Assembly (NCBI GenBank): GCA_964016885.1
Contig: OZ024748.1
Location: forward strand, 23,002,001 to 23,066,000
Length of the DNA stretch: 64,000 nucleotides
Direction of reading: 5' to 3'
Source of the DNA: Eledone cirrhosa
Lineage: Eukaryota
Below are positions 1-13,437 of the stretch, in pieces (the stretch's first letter is position 1; every line of letters starts with the position of its first letter). The notes below the pieces were generated by a model. The model was not told the origin of the DNA. It saw only the letters and a list, made by a program, of their open reading frames with translations, and searched no databases. The position numbers and the translations under genes were made by a program.

Positions 1-1590
1 TACTGTAGTACACTACATTTTACTGTAGTACACTATTTTACTGTAGTACACTATTTTACTGTAGTACACTACATTTTACTGTAGTACACTATTTTACTGT
101 AGTACACTACATTTTACTGTAGTACACTACATTTTACTGTAGTACACTACATTTTACTGTAGTACACTATTTTACTGTAGTACACTACATTTTACTGTAG
201 TACACTACATTTTACTGTAGTACACTATTTTACTGTAGTACACTACATTTTACTGTAGTACACTATTTTACTGTAGTAACTACATTTTACTGTAGTACAC
301 TATTTTACTGTAGTACACTACATTTTACTGTAGTACACTACATTTTACTGTAGTACACTACATTTTACTGTAGTACACTATTTTACTGTAGTACACTACA
401 TTTTACTGTAGTTCACTACATTTTACTGTAGTACACTATATTTTACTGTAGTACACTATTTTACTGTAGTACACTACATTTTACTGTAGTACACTATTTT
501 ACTGTAGTACACTACATTTTACTGTAGTACACTATTTACTGTAGTACACTACATTTTACTGTAGTACACTACATTTTACTGTAATACACTACATTTTACT
601 GTAGTTCACTACATTTTACTGTAGTACACTATATTTTACTGTAGTACACTATTTTACTGTAGTACACTACATTTTACTGTAGTACACTATTTTACTGTAG
701 TACACTACATTTTACTGTAGTACACTATTTTACTGTAGTACACTATATTTTACTGTAGTACACTATTTTACTGTAGTACACTACATTTTACTGTAATACA
801 CTATTTTACTGTAGTACACTATATTTTACTGTAGTACACTATTTTACTGTAGTACACTATTTTACTGTAGTACACTACATTTTACTGTAGTACACTATTT
901 TACTGTAGTACACTACATTTTACTGTAGTACACTATTTTACTGTAGTACACTATTTTACTGTAGTACACTACATTTTACTGTAGTACACTATTTTACTGT
1001 AGTACACTACATTTTACTGTAATACACTATTTTACTGTAGTACACTACATTTTACTGTAGTTCACTATTTTACTGTAGTACACTACATTTTACTGTAATA
1101 CACTATTTTACTGTAGTACACTACATTTTACTGTAGTACACTATTTTACTGTAGTACACTACATTTTACTGTAATACACTATTTTACTGTAGTACACTAC
1201 ATTTTACTGTAGTTCACTATTTTACTGTAGTACACTACATTTTACTGTAATACACTATTTTACTGTAGTACACTACATTTTACTGTAATACACTACATTT
1301 TACTGTAGTACACTATTTTACTGTAGTACACTGCATTTTACTGTAATACACTACATTTTACTGTAGTTCACTATTTTACTGTAATACACTATTTTACTGT
1401 AGTACACTACAATTTACTGTAGTACACTATTTTACTGTAGTACACTATTTTACTGTAGTACACTATTTTACTGTAGTACACTACATTTTACTGTAGTACA
1501 CTACATTTTACTGTAGTACACTACAATTTACTGTAGTACACTATTTTACTGTAGTACACTACATTTCAGTGTAGTACACTATTTTACTGT
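1..1590. repeat. Minisatellite of interspersed 20-bp and 18-bp units (TACTGTAGTACACTA[CA]TTT)
   Basis: Directly visible tandem array running off the window start; the 20-bp unit contains the inverted repeat TGTAGT-AC-ACTACA. Confidence 0.97.
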
Positions 1591-1906
1591 TCGAACTTTC
1601 TTGGCCAACCTTAATTCCAGTCTAATCTATTCAGGATTGATATAATTGATACCAGTCATATACTATGATGTCATTTAAGTTAACTCTTCTGTCTAGTCGA
1701 TAAGAACAAATATTCCCATGTTTAGATAATCTTATCAGTGTTGAATTTGTCGTTCACCCCGCTCCTCTTTTCCCAGGGACCTCAACAAATCAGATACTAA
1801 TCATATTTGAGTTTGATTCAATCAACTCATTTCTAATCACACTCACGCAGCACTGAATTTTTTTTCCATAACGTCTAATCAATAAAAATTAATATTGATT
1901 TTACAT

Positions 1907-1968
<62 letters not shown>

Positions 1969-1977
1969 GCAGCAGCA
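1907..1977. repeat. (CAG)n microsatellite
   Basis: Direct reading. Confidence 0.95.
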
Positions 1978-2282
1978 TTTTTTGTTGTTTTAGTTGTTAT
2001 TGTGTAAACCCATATCAGCCATGATTAAGCAAGCCTGATAAAAGACATTCCAGACGTAATCAACCCATCTTTTGCTTTTCTAACGAAGTGTATCTAGCAA
2101 TACATTATTGTGTCTTTTTAAAGGACGGCAGGGGGGGATTTGAGGGAGACTTGGCTACTATTTCCAGTATATCGAGCGACCTCCTAGTGTTCTCATCACT
2201 GGGTTGTTATTGATAATGTTGCTGTAGTTGCTGTTGTTGTGCAGAGAGAGAAAGGGATACGTTACCACTGAGTTGTTGGTTA

Positions 2283-3505
2283 TAGTGACGTCAGTGGCAC
2301 ACTGCCTCCCTCCACCAGTTGCTAGTGATGTGACGTCAGTGCTCCCCCCAGTTGCTAGTGATGTGACGTCAGTGCTCTCCCCCAGTTGCTAGTGATGTGA
2401 TGTCAGTGCTCCCCCCAGTTGCTAGTGATGTGACGTCAGTGGCACACCCCAGTTGCTAATGATGTGACGTCAGTGGTACCTCCCACCCAGTTGCTAGTGA
2501 TGTGACGTCAGTGGAACCCCCCAGTTGCTAATGATGTGACGTCAGTGGTACCTCCCACCCAGTTGCTAGTGATGTGACGTCAGTGGCACCCCACCCCAAT
2601 TGCTAGTGATGTGACGTCAGTGCTCCCCCAAGTTGCTAGTGATGTGACGTCAGTGGCACCCCCCAGTTGCTAGTGATGTGACGTCAGTGGCACACCCCAG
2701 TTGCTAGTGATGTGACGTCAGTGGCACCCCCCAGTTGCTAGTGATGTGACGTCAGTGCTCCCCCCAGTTGCTAATGTTGTGACCTCAGTGACACCCCACC
2801 CCACTTGCTAGTGATGTGACGTCAGTGCTCCCCCAAGTTGCTAGTGATGTGACGTCAGTGCTCCCCCCAGTTGCTAATGATGTGACCTCAGTGACACCCC
2901 ACCCAGTTGCTAGTGATGTGATGTCAGTGCTCCCCCAAGTTGCTAGTGATGTGACGTCAGTGGCACCCCCCAGTTGCTAATGATGTGACGTCAGTGGTAC
3001 CTCCCACCCAGTTGCTAGTGATGTGACGTCAGTGGCACCCCACCCCAATTGCTAGCGATGTGACGTCAGTGCTCCCCCAAGTTGCTAGTGATGTGACGTC
3101 AGTGGCACCCCCCAGTTGCTAGTGATGTGACCTCAGTGACACCCCACCCCAATTGCTAGTGATGTGTCGTCAGTGGCACCTCCAGTTGCTAGTGATTTGA
3201 AATCAGTGGTACTCCTCCCCTCCAGTCGCTAGTGATGTGACGTCAGTGACACCCCAACCCCAGTTGCTAGTGATGTGACGTCAGTGCTCCCCCCAGTTGC
3301 TAGTGATGTGTCGTCAGTGGCACCTCCAGTTGCTAATGATGTGAAATCAGTGGTACTTCTCCCCTCCAGTCGCTAGTGATGTGACGTCAGTGACACCCCA
3401 ACCCCAGTTGCTAGTGATGTGACGTCAGTGACACCCCAACCCCAGTTGCTAGTGATGTGACGTCAGTGACACCCCAACCCCAGTTGCTAGTGATGTGACG
3501 TCAGT
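2283..3505. repeat. Minisatellite of about 35 units (about 33-40 bp): constant core CCAGTTGCTAGTGATGTGACGTCAGTG plus variable C-rich linker
   Basis: Direct reading; the core includes the palindrome TGACGTCA; higher-order block duplications are visible (about 2520-2685 vs 2970-3130). Confidence 0.95.
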
Positions 3506-3633
3506 AATATGGAAGGAGCTCCAGTTAAAGAGATAGAAGGGTCCAATGTTCTCAGGGTAGTTTCAGCAATAATTATCTAATTGCTTTCATCTCAACATTA
3601 CACATTCAATGGCGTCTGTAATGATCGTATGGC

Positions 3634-3864
3634 TTGTTTTGTTGTTGTAGTTGGTGCTGTTGTTGTTGTTGTTGTTGGTGGTGGTGGTGTTGTTGTTGGT
3701 GGTGGTTTTGTTGTTGTTGTTGTTTTTGGTGGTGTTGTTGTTGTTGTTGGTGGTGGTGGTGTTGTTGTTGTTGGCGTTGTTGTTGTTGTTTTTGGTGTTG
3801 TTGTTGTTGTTGCTGTTGTTGTTGGTGTTGTTGTTGGTGGTGGTGTTGTTGTAGTTGTTTTTGG

Positions 3865-3907
<43 letters not shown>

Positions 3908-4008
3908 GGCGGTGGTGTTGTTGTTGTTGTTGGTGGTGGTGGTGTTGTTGTAGTTGTTTTTGGTGTTGTTGTTGTTGTTGTTATTGTTGTTGTTGTTGTT
4001 GTTGGTGG

Positions 4009-4075
<67 letters not shown>

Positions 4076-4206
4076 GGTGTTGTTGGTGGTGGTGGTGGCG
4101 TTGTTGTTGTTGTTGGTGTTGTTGTTGTTGGTGTTGTTGTTGTTGTTGTTGTTGTTGGTGGTGGTGGTGTTGTTGTTGGTGTTGTTGTTGTTGTTGTTGT
4201 TGTTGG

Positions 4207-4240
<34 letters not shown>

Positions 4241-4250
4241 GGTGTTGTTG

Positions 4251-4282
<32 letters not shown>

Positions 4283-4284
4283 GG

Positions 4285-4315
<31 letters not shown>

Positions 4316-4465
4316 GGTGTTGGTGGTGGTGGTATTGTTGTTACTAATATCATTATTATTAGTTGTAGTAGTGCTAGTCGGGATAGTAGTACGTTACTAC
4401 TGCTGCTGTTGCTACTACTACTGTTGCTGCTGTTACTACTGCTGCTGTTACTACTGCTGCTGTTG

Positions 4466-4537
<72 letters not shown>

Positions 4538-4552
4538 GTACTGCTGCTGCTG

Positions 4553-4617
<65 letters not shown>

Positions 4618-4630
4618 GTTGTTGTTGTTG

Positions 4631-4680
<50 letters not shown>

Positions 4681-4693
4681 GTTGTTGTTGTTG

Positions 4694-4773
<80 letters not shown>

Positions 4774-5109
4774 GCTGTTGCTGCTACTACTACTACTATT
4801 ACTACCAACACCACCACCACGACCACTTCTACTACTACTACTACTTAAAAATAATAGTAATGTATGATACATCTTACACATTATTAGTATTTGTAGTAAC
4901 AGCAGCAACAGCAGCAGTAATAGTAATAGTAGTTGTCGTGGTAGTATTAGTAGTTTTGATAGTAGTAGTAGTGGTAGTAGAAGTAGTTGTAGTAGCAGTA
5001 ATAGTAGTTATGGTGGTAGTAATAGTAGTTGTAGTGGTTGTGGTAGTAGTAGAAGCAAGAGTAATAGTAATAGTAGTAGTAATGGTCGTAGTAGTAATAG
5101 TAGTAGTAA

Positions 5110-5152
<43 letters not shown>

Positions 5153-5199
5153 TGTGGTAGTAGTAGTGGTTGTAGTGCTTGCAGTCGTAGTAGAAGCAC

Positions 5200-5254
<55 letters not shown>

Positions 5255-5304
5255 TGTGGTAGTAGTAGTGGTTGTAGTGCTTGCAGTCGTAGTAGAAGCA
5301 CGAA

Positions 5305-5341
<37 letters not shown>

Positions 5342-5388
5342 TGTGGTAGTATTAGTGGTTGTAGTGCTTGCAGTCGTAGTAGAAGCAC

Positions 5389-5438
<50 letters not shown>

Positions 5439-5782
5439 AAAGTAGTGGTGGTGGGGATGATGTGGTGGTGGTGGTAGGGGGGGGCGGTTCGGCGTCTGAC
5501 AACTGAAAGAAGGAGTCTAAGTAAATGATGTAATATTTGAGGTGCTGCAGGTGAGATGATGGGTGGAGGGGGGGGGAGAGATTGTAGGACTAGCAAATAT
5601 TTCACTGATGAGGATGATGGTGGTGGTGGTGGTGGTAGTGGATGATGGTGATGGTGGTGGTGGTGGTGGTGGTAGGAGATGATGGTGATGTGGTGGTGGT
5701 GGTAGTGGTAGGGGATGATGGTGATGGTGGTGGTGTTGGTAGGGGATGATGGTGATGGTGGTGGTGTTGATGATGATGATGT

Positions 5783-5814
<32 letters not shown>

Positions 5815-6194
5815 GTGGTGGTGTTGATGGTGGTGGTGATGGTGGTGGTGTTGATGATGATGATGTTGATGATGATGATGATGATGATGATTGTGGTGGT
5901 GTTGATGATGATGATGATGTTGATGATGATGATGATGATGATGATGATTGTGGTGGTGTTGATGGTGGCGGTGGTGGTGGTGGTGTTGATGGTGATGTTG
6001 ATGGTGGCGGTGATGATGTTAGGGATGATTATGATGGTGGTGGTGGTGGTGGGGGGATGAGAATAATGATGGCGATGCTAGTGGTGGTGGTGGTGGTGGT
6101 GGTGATGATGATGATGGTAGTGCTTGTGGTAATGTTAGGGAAGATATGGTAGTGGTGGTGGGGATGAGGGTGATGACGGTGATGACGATGGTGG

Positions 6195-6277
<83 letters not shown>
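3634..6277. repeat. Compound trinucleotide microsatellite tract: (GTT/GGT)n, (CTA/CTG)n, (GTA)n, (GAT/GGT)n
   Basis: Direct reading; all ORFs here are homopolymeric translations. Confidence 0.95.
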
Positions 6278-6278
<1 letters not shown>

Positions 6279-6535
6279 GCCGATCAAGGCTCTAATGTTG
6301 CAGTTCGGTTCGTGATGAGGGAGTTATTGATTCGATAATCGATAAAAGATTTATTGGAACACAGATGCTGCAACCTTTTGCTGCAGCAGCTGCATTGTTC
6401 ACAAGATGACACTATGTGTATATTGCAGTTGTAGCCTAAAGGTGCACCTGTTTTTCACTGCTGCATCCGGAAATAAATGCCTTTATATAAAATGCATTTT
6501 TATGAAGATGCACACGCATATACACTCACACGCAC

Positions 6536-6983
<448 letters not shown>

Positions 6984-7260
6984 GCGAAAAGTAAATGGAA
7001 ACAACAAAGCAAACAATACAGTAGAATGAAAAATATATTAGTTTAACGCTTGATATAGTAGGAAAAGAGTTTGACGCTTCGGACACTAGTCCTTTATCAG
7101 TAGACAAAATGAGAAATAGAAGGTTAAATAGAAAGATAGAAAGTGAGAAGTGAAACTTTTTTCTTTTAGAAAGAACATGTCTGTATTGAGTCAGCCATTT
7201 TAGGGAAATGCTGGTCGGCATGTATCTTAGATATTAGAGAGGTTTTGAAAGGGATATAAT

Positions 7261-7446
7261 TGTTTCTACTTTAGGCACAAGGCCAGCAATTACCCAGTGC
7301 ATTACTGGTACTTTATTTTATCGACCCCGTAAGGATGAAAGGCAAAGTCAACCTCGGCGGGATTTGAACTCAGATCGTAAAGGGACGTAACTATGCTGGA
7401 AAGCATGGCGTCCGACCCTCCACCGATACTGCCAATCCACCGCCCG
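7261..7446 (-). mobile_element. tRNA-derived SINE family A (about 190 bp, Meta-domain-like centre), full length with TSD
   Basis: A-box-like TGGCAGTATCGG and B-box GAGTTCAAATCC; many copies in the window; 14-bp TSD GAAAGGGATATAAT at 7247-7260 and 7448-7461. Confidence 0.9.
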
Positions 7447-7489
7447 GGAAAGGGATATAATGCTTGGATATATGCGTTTGTGTGTGTAT

Positions 7490-8070
7490 GGAGGTGTGGG
7501 GTGTGGGCGTGGGGGTGTGGATGGGGATGGATGCGTGGATGGGTGGGATGTGGGTGGGGTGTGAGGGTGTTTGGGTATGGGGATGGGGGTGGGGGTGGAT
7601 GCGTGGATGGGTGTGTAGGTGGGTTGTGGGTGTGTGTGTGAGGTGGGGGTGGGTGGATGCGTGGATGGGGGTGGGTGGGTGGGGGTGGATGCGTGGATGG
7701 GTATGTAGGCGGAATGTGGGTGGGGTGTGGGGTGTGTGTGGAGGGTGTTGTGTGGGATGTGTGTGCGATGTGGGGTGTGTGTGGGTGGGGGTGGATGCGT
7801 GGATGGGTGTGTAGGTGGGATGTGGGTGGGGTGTGGGGTGTGTGTGTGTGTGTGTGTGGAGGGTGTTGTGTGGGTGGGGGTGGATGCATGGATGGGTGTG
7901 TAGGTGGGATGTGTGTGCGATGTGGGGTGTGTGTGGGTGAGGGTGGATGCGTGGATGGATGTGTAGGTGGGATGTGTGTGCGATGTGGGATGTGTGTGGG
8001 TGGAGGTGGATGCGTGGATGGGTGTTTAGGTGGGATGTGTGTGGGATGTGGGGTGTGTGTGGGTGTGTGT
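7490..8070. repeat. G/T-rich degenerate minisatellite (GGTGGATGCGTGGATGGGTGTGTAGGTGGGATGTG-like)
   Basis: Direct reading; dense G-runs. Confidence 0.85.
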
Positions 8071-8406
8071 TGATTTGTTTGTTTTTCTGCGCCAAGCTGT
8101 GAATGAATGTGTGTTAGACCGTAATCGATCCGGCTGCTGGGAGAGGGCAGAGGTGTGAGTATGTTCGCGCGTGCGAACCAACGTAGGGAGGTATGCTTAT
8201 GTAAGTGAAATTTTTCGTACACACACACATATACATACATATACACACACTCACATAAATACATATATACACACGCAGAAAGTGACGCAAAGGGTTCTAG
8301 AAAAAGGGAGACAGTAGCGAATATAATCGTAGCCTTGTTTCAATTCATTTTATGGCCGTAAGAGAAACTGCTTCAGGAACGAAGACATGGCGATACGACC
8401 GCAAAC

Positions 8407-8450
<44 letters not shown>

Positions 8451-8451
8451 G

Positions 8452-8741
<290 letters not shown>

Positions 8742-8826
8742 AAAAGGTAAACAGAAATAACAACGCAATCGGTACAGTATATGGAAGGAATATATTAGGT
8801 TAACGCTTGAAATAGCAGGGAGAGGG

Positions 8827-8862
8827 TCTTAACGTTTCGGACGCTAGTCCTTCATCAGAAGA
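8827..8862 (-). ncRNA. Minimal type I hammerhead ribozyme motif (Penelope-like)
   Basis: UCUU-CUGAUGA-AGGAC UAGC GUCC-GAAA-CG-UU-AAGA; a degenerate paralogue lies at about 7070-7102. Confidence 0.6.
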
Positions 8863-9613
8863 AAGAATGAGAAATTAGATAGACTGAAGGAGCGGGCAGG
8901 GTGAAATTGGAAAAAGTGTCTTTAGATAAAAATAACAGGTCCATTCATGTTGCCATAGGCATAAATATACGCACGCACGCACGCGCACACACACAGAGGC
9001 CCCCCCCCCCCACACACACACGCACGCACGCGCACACACACACGTATACACGTGTGTGCCTGCATGCCTGTCTGTGTGTGTGGGAGGGATGCGAAACGTC
9101 ATACAAGCAACAGAATCATAGAGTTAAGTAAAATATCGTAGCTTTGACCTTAACTAAGATCTGGTAATGTTCCAGCTTCAGAGGATTAAAAGGTCGCTAG
9201 CTTGCGTCATATTTCGTAATTAGCTGTCATTGTATGACGTATTCCTAGTGATATTACATATGCACAGTTCTTCGTGAAAGGTGATTCCCTGTGTCATTTC
9301 GATTGTTCTTTACTTGGCATTAAGAGAGCAAACCTCAGATGGCTACAGGAGGTAACCAACAAAACTAAAATGATACCTTGCATATTTCGGACACTTATTC
9401 AGTTTTTTTTATTATTAACTCTTAACGTCTTGTACCATAAGTAATAGCAACATATTAATGAAAAATACAACACAACTATGACTGCATCACATTAAAAGCT
9501 CATGTCGTTACTCTAACACTGCATATTTTCATAATAAACAGTTCCCTAGTAAAGATACTATAAACACCTGAATTAGCAAACAACATTAGCAAAACATTAT
9601 TGAAACGTATAAA

Positions 9614-9995
9614 GGGCGGTGGATTGGCAGTATCGGTAGAGGGTCTGACGCCATGCTTTCCAGCATAGTTACGTCCCTTTACGGTCTGAGTTCAAATCCC
9701 GCCGAGGTTGACTTTGCCTTTCATCCTTACGGGGGTCGATAAAATAAAGTACCAGTAATGCACTGAGTAATTGCTGGCCTTGTGCCTAAAGTAGAAACAA
9801 TTATAGGGCGGTGGATTGGCAGTATCGGTAGAGGGTCGGACGCCATGCTTTGACGTATAGAGTTACGGCCCTTGCCATTCTGAGTTCAAATCCCGCCGAG
9901 GTTAACTTTGCCTTTCATCCTTACGGGGTCGATAAAATAAAGTACCAGTAATGCTCTGTGTAATTGCTGGCCTTGTGCCAAAAGTAGAAAGAATT
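9614..9995 (+). mobile_element. Head-to-tail dimer of SINE family A
   Basis: Two full copies (9614-9803, 9806-9995) flanked by the 18-bp duplication ATTATTGAAACGTATAAA at 9596-9613 and 9993-10010. Confidence 0.9.
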
Positions 9996-10164
9996 ATTGA
10001 AACGTATAAAACAGCAGTATCACTGTATCATTAAAAATTCTAGTTTTTAGTCTAACACTACATTCACAAAGATCTGTCCACTAGCAAATGTACTATAAAT
10101 ATTTGAATTAAACTTGGTTTAAATATTTTTAGTTAAATCATTACACGATATTAAGTGTTAATGT

Positions 10165-10303
10165 CGGCGGATAATTGACACAGTAATTAGAGGGTAGGAC
10201 AACAATACCTTGCGGTATTTGTTCCGGATACCTGCACTCTGAATTCAAATCCCATGGAGGTCAACTTTGACGCCCATCCTTTCGGTGTCGATAAAAAAAG
10301 TAC
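10165..10303 (+). mobile_element. Diverged SINE family A copy
   Basis: GAATTCAAATCC B-box and the CTTTGACGCCCATCCTTTCGGTGTCGATAAA centre. Confidence 0.7.
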
Positions 10304-10307
10304 ACCT

Positions 10308-10837
10308 ATGGTGTGGACCACTGGTGGTCCGAGAGAAAATTTTGGTGGTCCGCAGAAAAATAATTGTTTCTACTTTTGGCACAAGGCCAGCAATTACCCA
10401 GTACTGGTACTTTATTTTATCGACCCCGTAAGGATGAAAGGCAAAGTTAACCTTGGAGAGATTTGAACTCAGTCCGTAAAGGGACGTAACTCTATGCTAG
10501 AAAGCATGGCGTCCGACCCTCTACTGATACTGCCAATCCACAGAAAAATAATACTAAAACAAAAATAATATTTGGTTAAAATATATTTTTAACACTCCTA
10601 AAAATGTTTCTCCTCAGTAAAGAACTAACATCCATGAAAGAATTTTACACATATGTATCATCTATCGACAATATGACACACGCACGCTTCAGTATTGTTT
10701 AATAAAATGGAGGTTTTCTGATCATTATTTTACAAATGTATTTATCTTTTAAAAAAAAATTCATATTAGTGATCTGCGGGATTTAAAATTATGAATTTAG
10801 TGGTCCGAGAGGTCTGAAAGGTTGATGACTGCTGCAC
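10308..10837. mobile_element. Degenerate hAT-like MITE interrupted by a SINE
   Basis: Repeated subterminal GTGGTCCG motifs at both ends and a decayed end AAAGGTTGATGACTGCTG; family assignment from recalled similarity only. Confidence 0.4.
10365..10540 (-). mobile_element. SINE family A with TSD
   Basis: 12-bp TSD CAGAAAAATAAT at 10353-10364 and 10541-10552. Confidence 0.9.
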
Positions 10838-11049
10838 TATAGGGTACCCCGAACCGACAAATGTCGTGTGAATGGAATTTAGTAGACAGAAACTGCAGAA
10901 TTTTGTTATATATAACAAAGAGAATTGACCAGAGACTTGCGACCATGGTCTTTTCAGCAACGAGATGAAACACAAAAAGCAGCGGAAACAAATTCCGGTA
11001 GGCGACAAAATGGCCGTCATACCGTCCAGAAACAACTACAACAATGATA

Positions 11050-11228
11050 ATGGTTTCTGCACAAGGCCAGCAATTTTTTTTTTTGGTGGGGGGGGGAGAA
11101 AGTTGGTTAAACCGACCCCAGTGCATTACTGGTACTTTATTTTATCGATCCCGTAAAGATGAAAGGATGAAAGGCAAAGTGGATATCGGGGAGATTTGAA
11201 CTCAAAACGTAAAGAACCAGAACTAAAT
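11050..11228 (-). mobile_element. SINE family A, longer-tail variant, 5'-truncated
   Basis: Homology to the other copies. Confidence 0.75.
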
Positions 11229-11279
11229 AGTGAAACACCAGTTGAGCTGCTGCGTACATATAAGAAGAACTGTTGATAA

Positions 11280-12115
11280 CACACACACACACATACACAC
11301 ACACATATATATATACACACAGACTTACATAGACACTCACTTACAGAGACTTACACACTCACACACACACACACACAGACTTATACAGAGACTTACATAC
11401 ACACACACCTACAGTTTCTCACTTACAGAGACTTACATACACACACACACACACACATACACACACATATATACACACACACACAGAGACTTACATAGAC
11501 ACACACTTACAGAGACTTACACACACACACACACAGACTTATACAGAGACTTACATACACACACACCTACAGTCTCTCACTTACAGAGACTTACACACAC
11601 ACACACACATACACATACAGACTATCACTTACAGAGACTTACACGCACACGCGCGCACACACACACACGCGCATACAGACTTTCACTTACAGAGACATAC
11701 ACACACAGACTTTCACGCACACACACACAGAAAGACAGACTTACACTTACAGAGACTTACACACACAGACTTTCACGCACACACACTACGCACACACACA
11801 CACACACAGACTTTCATGTACACAGACTTCCATGCATACAGACTTTCACTTAGAGGGACTTACACACGCACACACACACAGGCTTCCACACACAATACAC
11901 AGGCTTCCACACACAATACACACACTTACACACACATACACACACTTACACACACATACACACACTTACACACACATACACACACATACACACACTTACA
12001 CACACATACACACATAATTAATTGCTTTTTACCAAGGAGAATATCACTAGTCTTCCGTTTTCATTTGTCTGTTTTGCTACACACACACACACACACACAC
12101 GTACACACACACACA

Positions 12116-12162
<47 letters not shown>

Positions 12163-12351
12163 ACACACACAGACACGCATGCACAGACACGCATGCACAG
12201 ACAGACAGACAGACATACAGGCACACACACACACACACACACAGACACACAGACACGCATGCACAGTGTGTGTGTGTGTGCATGTCTGTATGTCTATACA
12301 GACATGCACACACACACACACACACACAGACACGCATGCACAGACAGACAG

Positions 12352-12382
<31 letters not shown>

Positions 12383-12483
12383 GAGACACGCATGCACAGA
12401 CAGACAGACAGACATACAGACACACACAGACACGCACGCACACACACACAGACACGCACGCACGCACACACACACACACATAC

Positions 12484-12515
<32 letters not shown>

Positions 12516-12610
12516 ATACATATGCATATATATATATATATATACATATATATGGGCATACTTACACACGCACATATACACACATACATACACATACATG
12601 CACACATGCA
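11280..12610. repeat. (CA)n-derived minisatellites (ACTTACAGAGACTTAC and CAGACACGCATGCA motifs)
   Basis: Direct reading. Confidence 0.85.
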
Positions 12611-12772
12611 CTCACATACAATGACTGTGAGTGCATGTGTGACTTCGCGTCATCATACGCACATAGGTTCATGTATGTATGTATGTATGTATGTATGTAT
12701 GTATGTATGTATGTATGTATGTATGTATGTATGAATATATATGTGTGTATGTATGTATGTATGTATGTATGT

Positions 12773-13378
12773 CAGGTCACCAGTTGGTGCTACTGGAAAC
12801 ATGTATCCCAGTACAACCTGTCTCATGGTCGGGTCGTTGGCGACTAAACTGGCAACCCCACTAAGGTTTTTTGGTGAGGAGGGTGACTTTGGACATCCTG
12901 CAGGACTAAAAACAAAACCTGTCAAAGAGCAAAGGAGCTCTTAAGAGTCAATGGCCATCCAAAATCACCGGGAGAGATGACCCCTTAGCCTTTGTCAAGG
13001 CAGAATTCTAGGAGAAGGAAAACTCTGATATAACACCTGCAACCCTGATGGTATCCAATGATGTTGACTTGTTCTTCTTTTTGGTAAATATCATCTTGGT
13101 TAAGAGAGTGGGACTGGCTTTGTGCAGTGCCTTTGCTCACTATAAAAGCTTCACGGCACAGGCATTGCTTTATATCTGGAGATCTCTCTGCACTTGTCAT
13201 CACATGGTACCATGGGCCCAGCACTATGTATCAATAATTGTCACAGGTGTAGTGTTTGTACCAGAGTTTTCAAGTCGCTGGCTGGACTAATTAGTCACAC
13301 TCGTTCAGCGCATCGGTAGGGGTTCTCCTACATGGATATGAAGTAGTGGCCATACTCGAAAACGAGTTGGCAGCCACC
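12773..13378 (+). mobile_element. 606-bp non-coding element embedded in (TATG)n, copy 1
   Basis: About 98% identical to 18412-19017 with identical ends; contains TCTAGGAGAAGGAAAACTCTG, which resembles an RTE 5'-UTR motif. Confidence 0.75.
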
Positions 13379-13437
13379 ATGTATGTATGTATGATTATAT
13401 GTATGTATATATGTATGTATGAATATATGTATGTATG

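Noticed and set aside
2283-3505. CRISPR-like look (constant palindromic repeat plus variable spacers)
   Set aside because: Linkers are only about 6-13 nt, related to one another and duplicated in blocks; there are no cas genes and the context is eukaryotic. Unit lengths (33, 34, 38) also break any reading frame.
5470-6500. Unique islands between repeats as host exons
   Set aside because: For the 6280-6500 island all three minus-strand frames stop early and the plus-strand ORF runs into (TA)n; neither island shows a recognisable protein motif.
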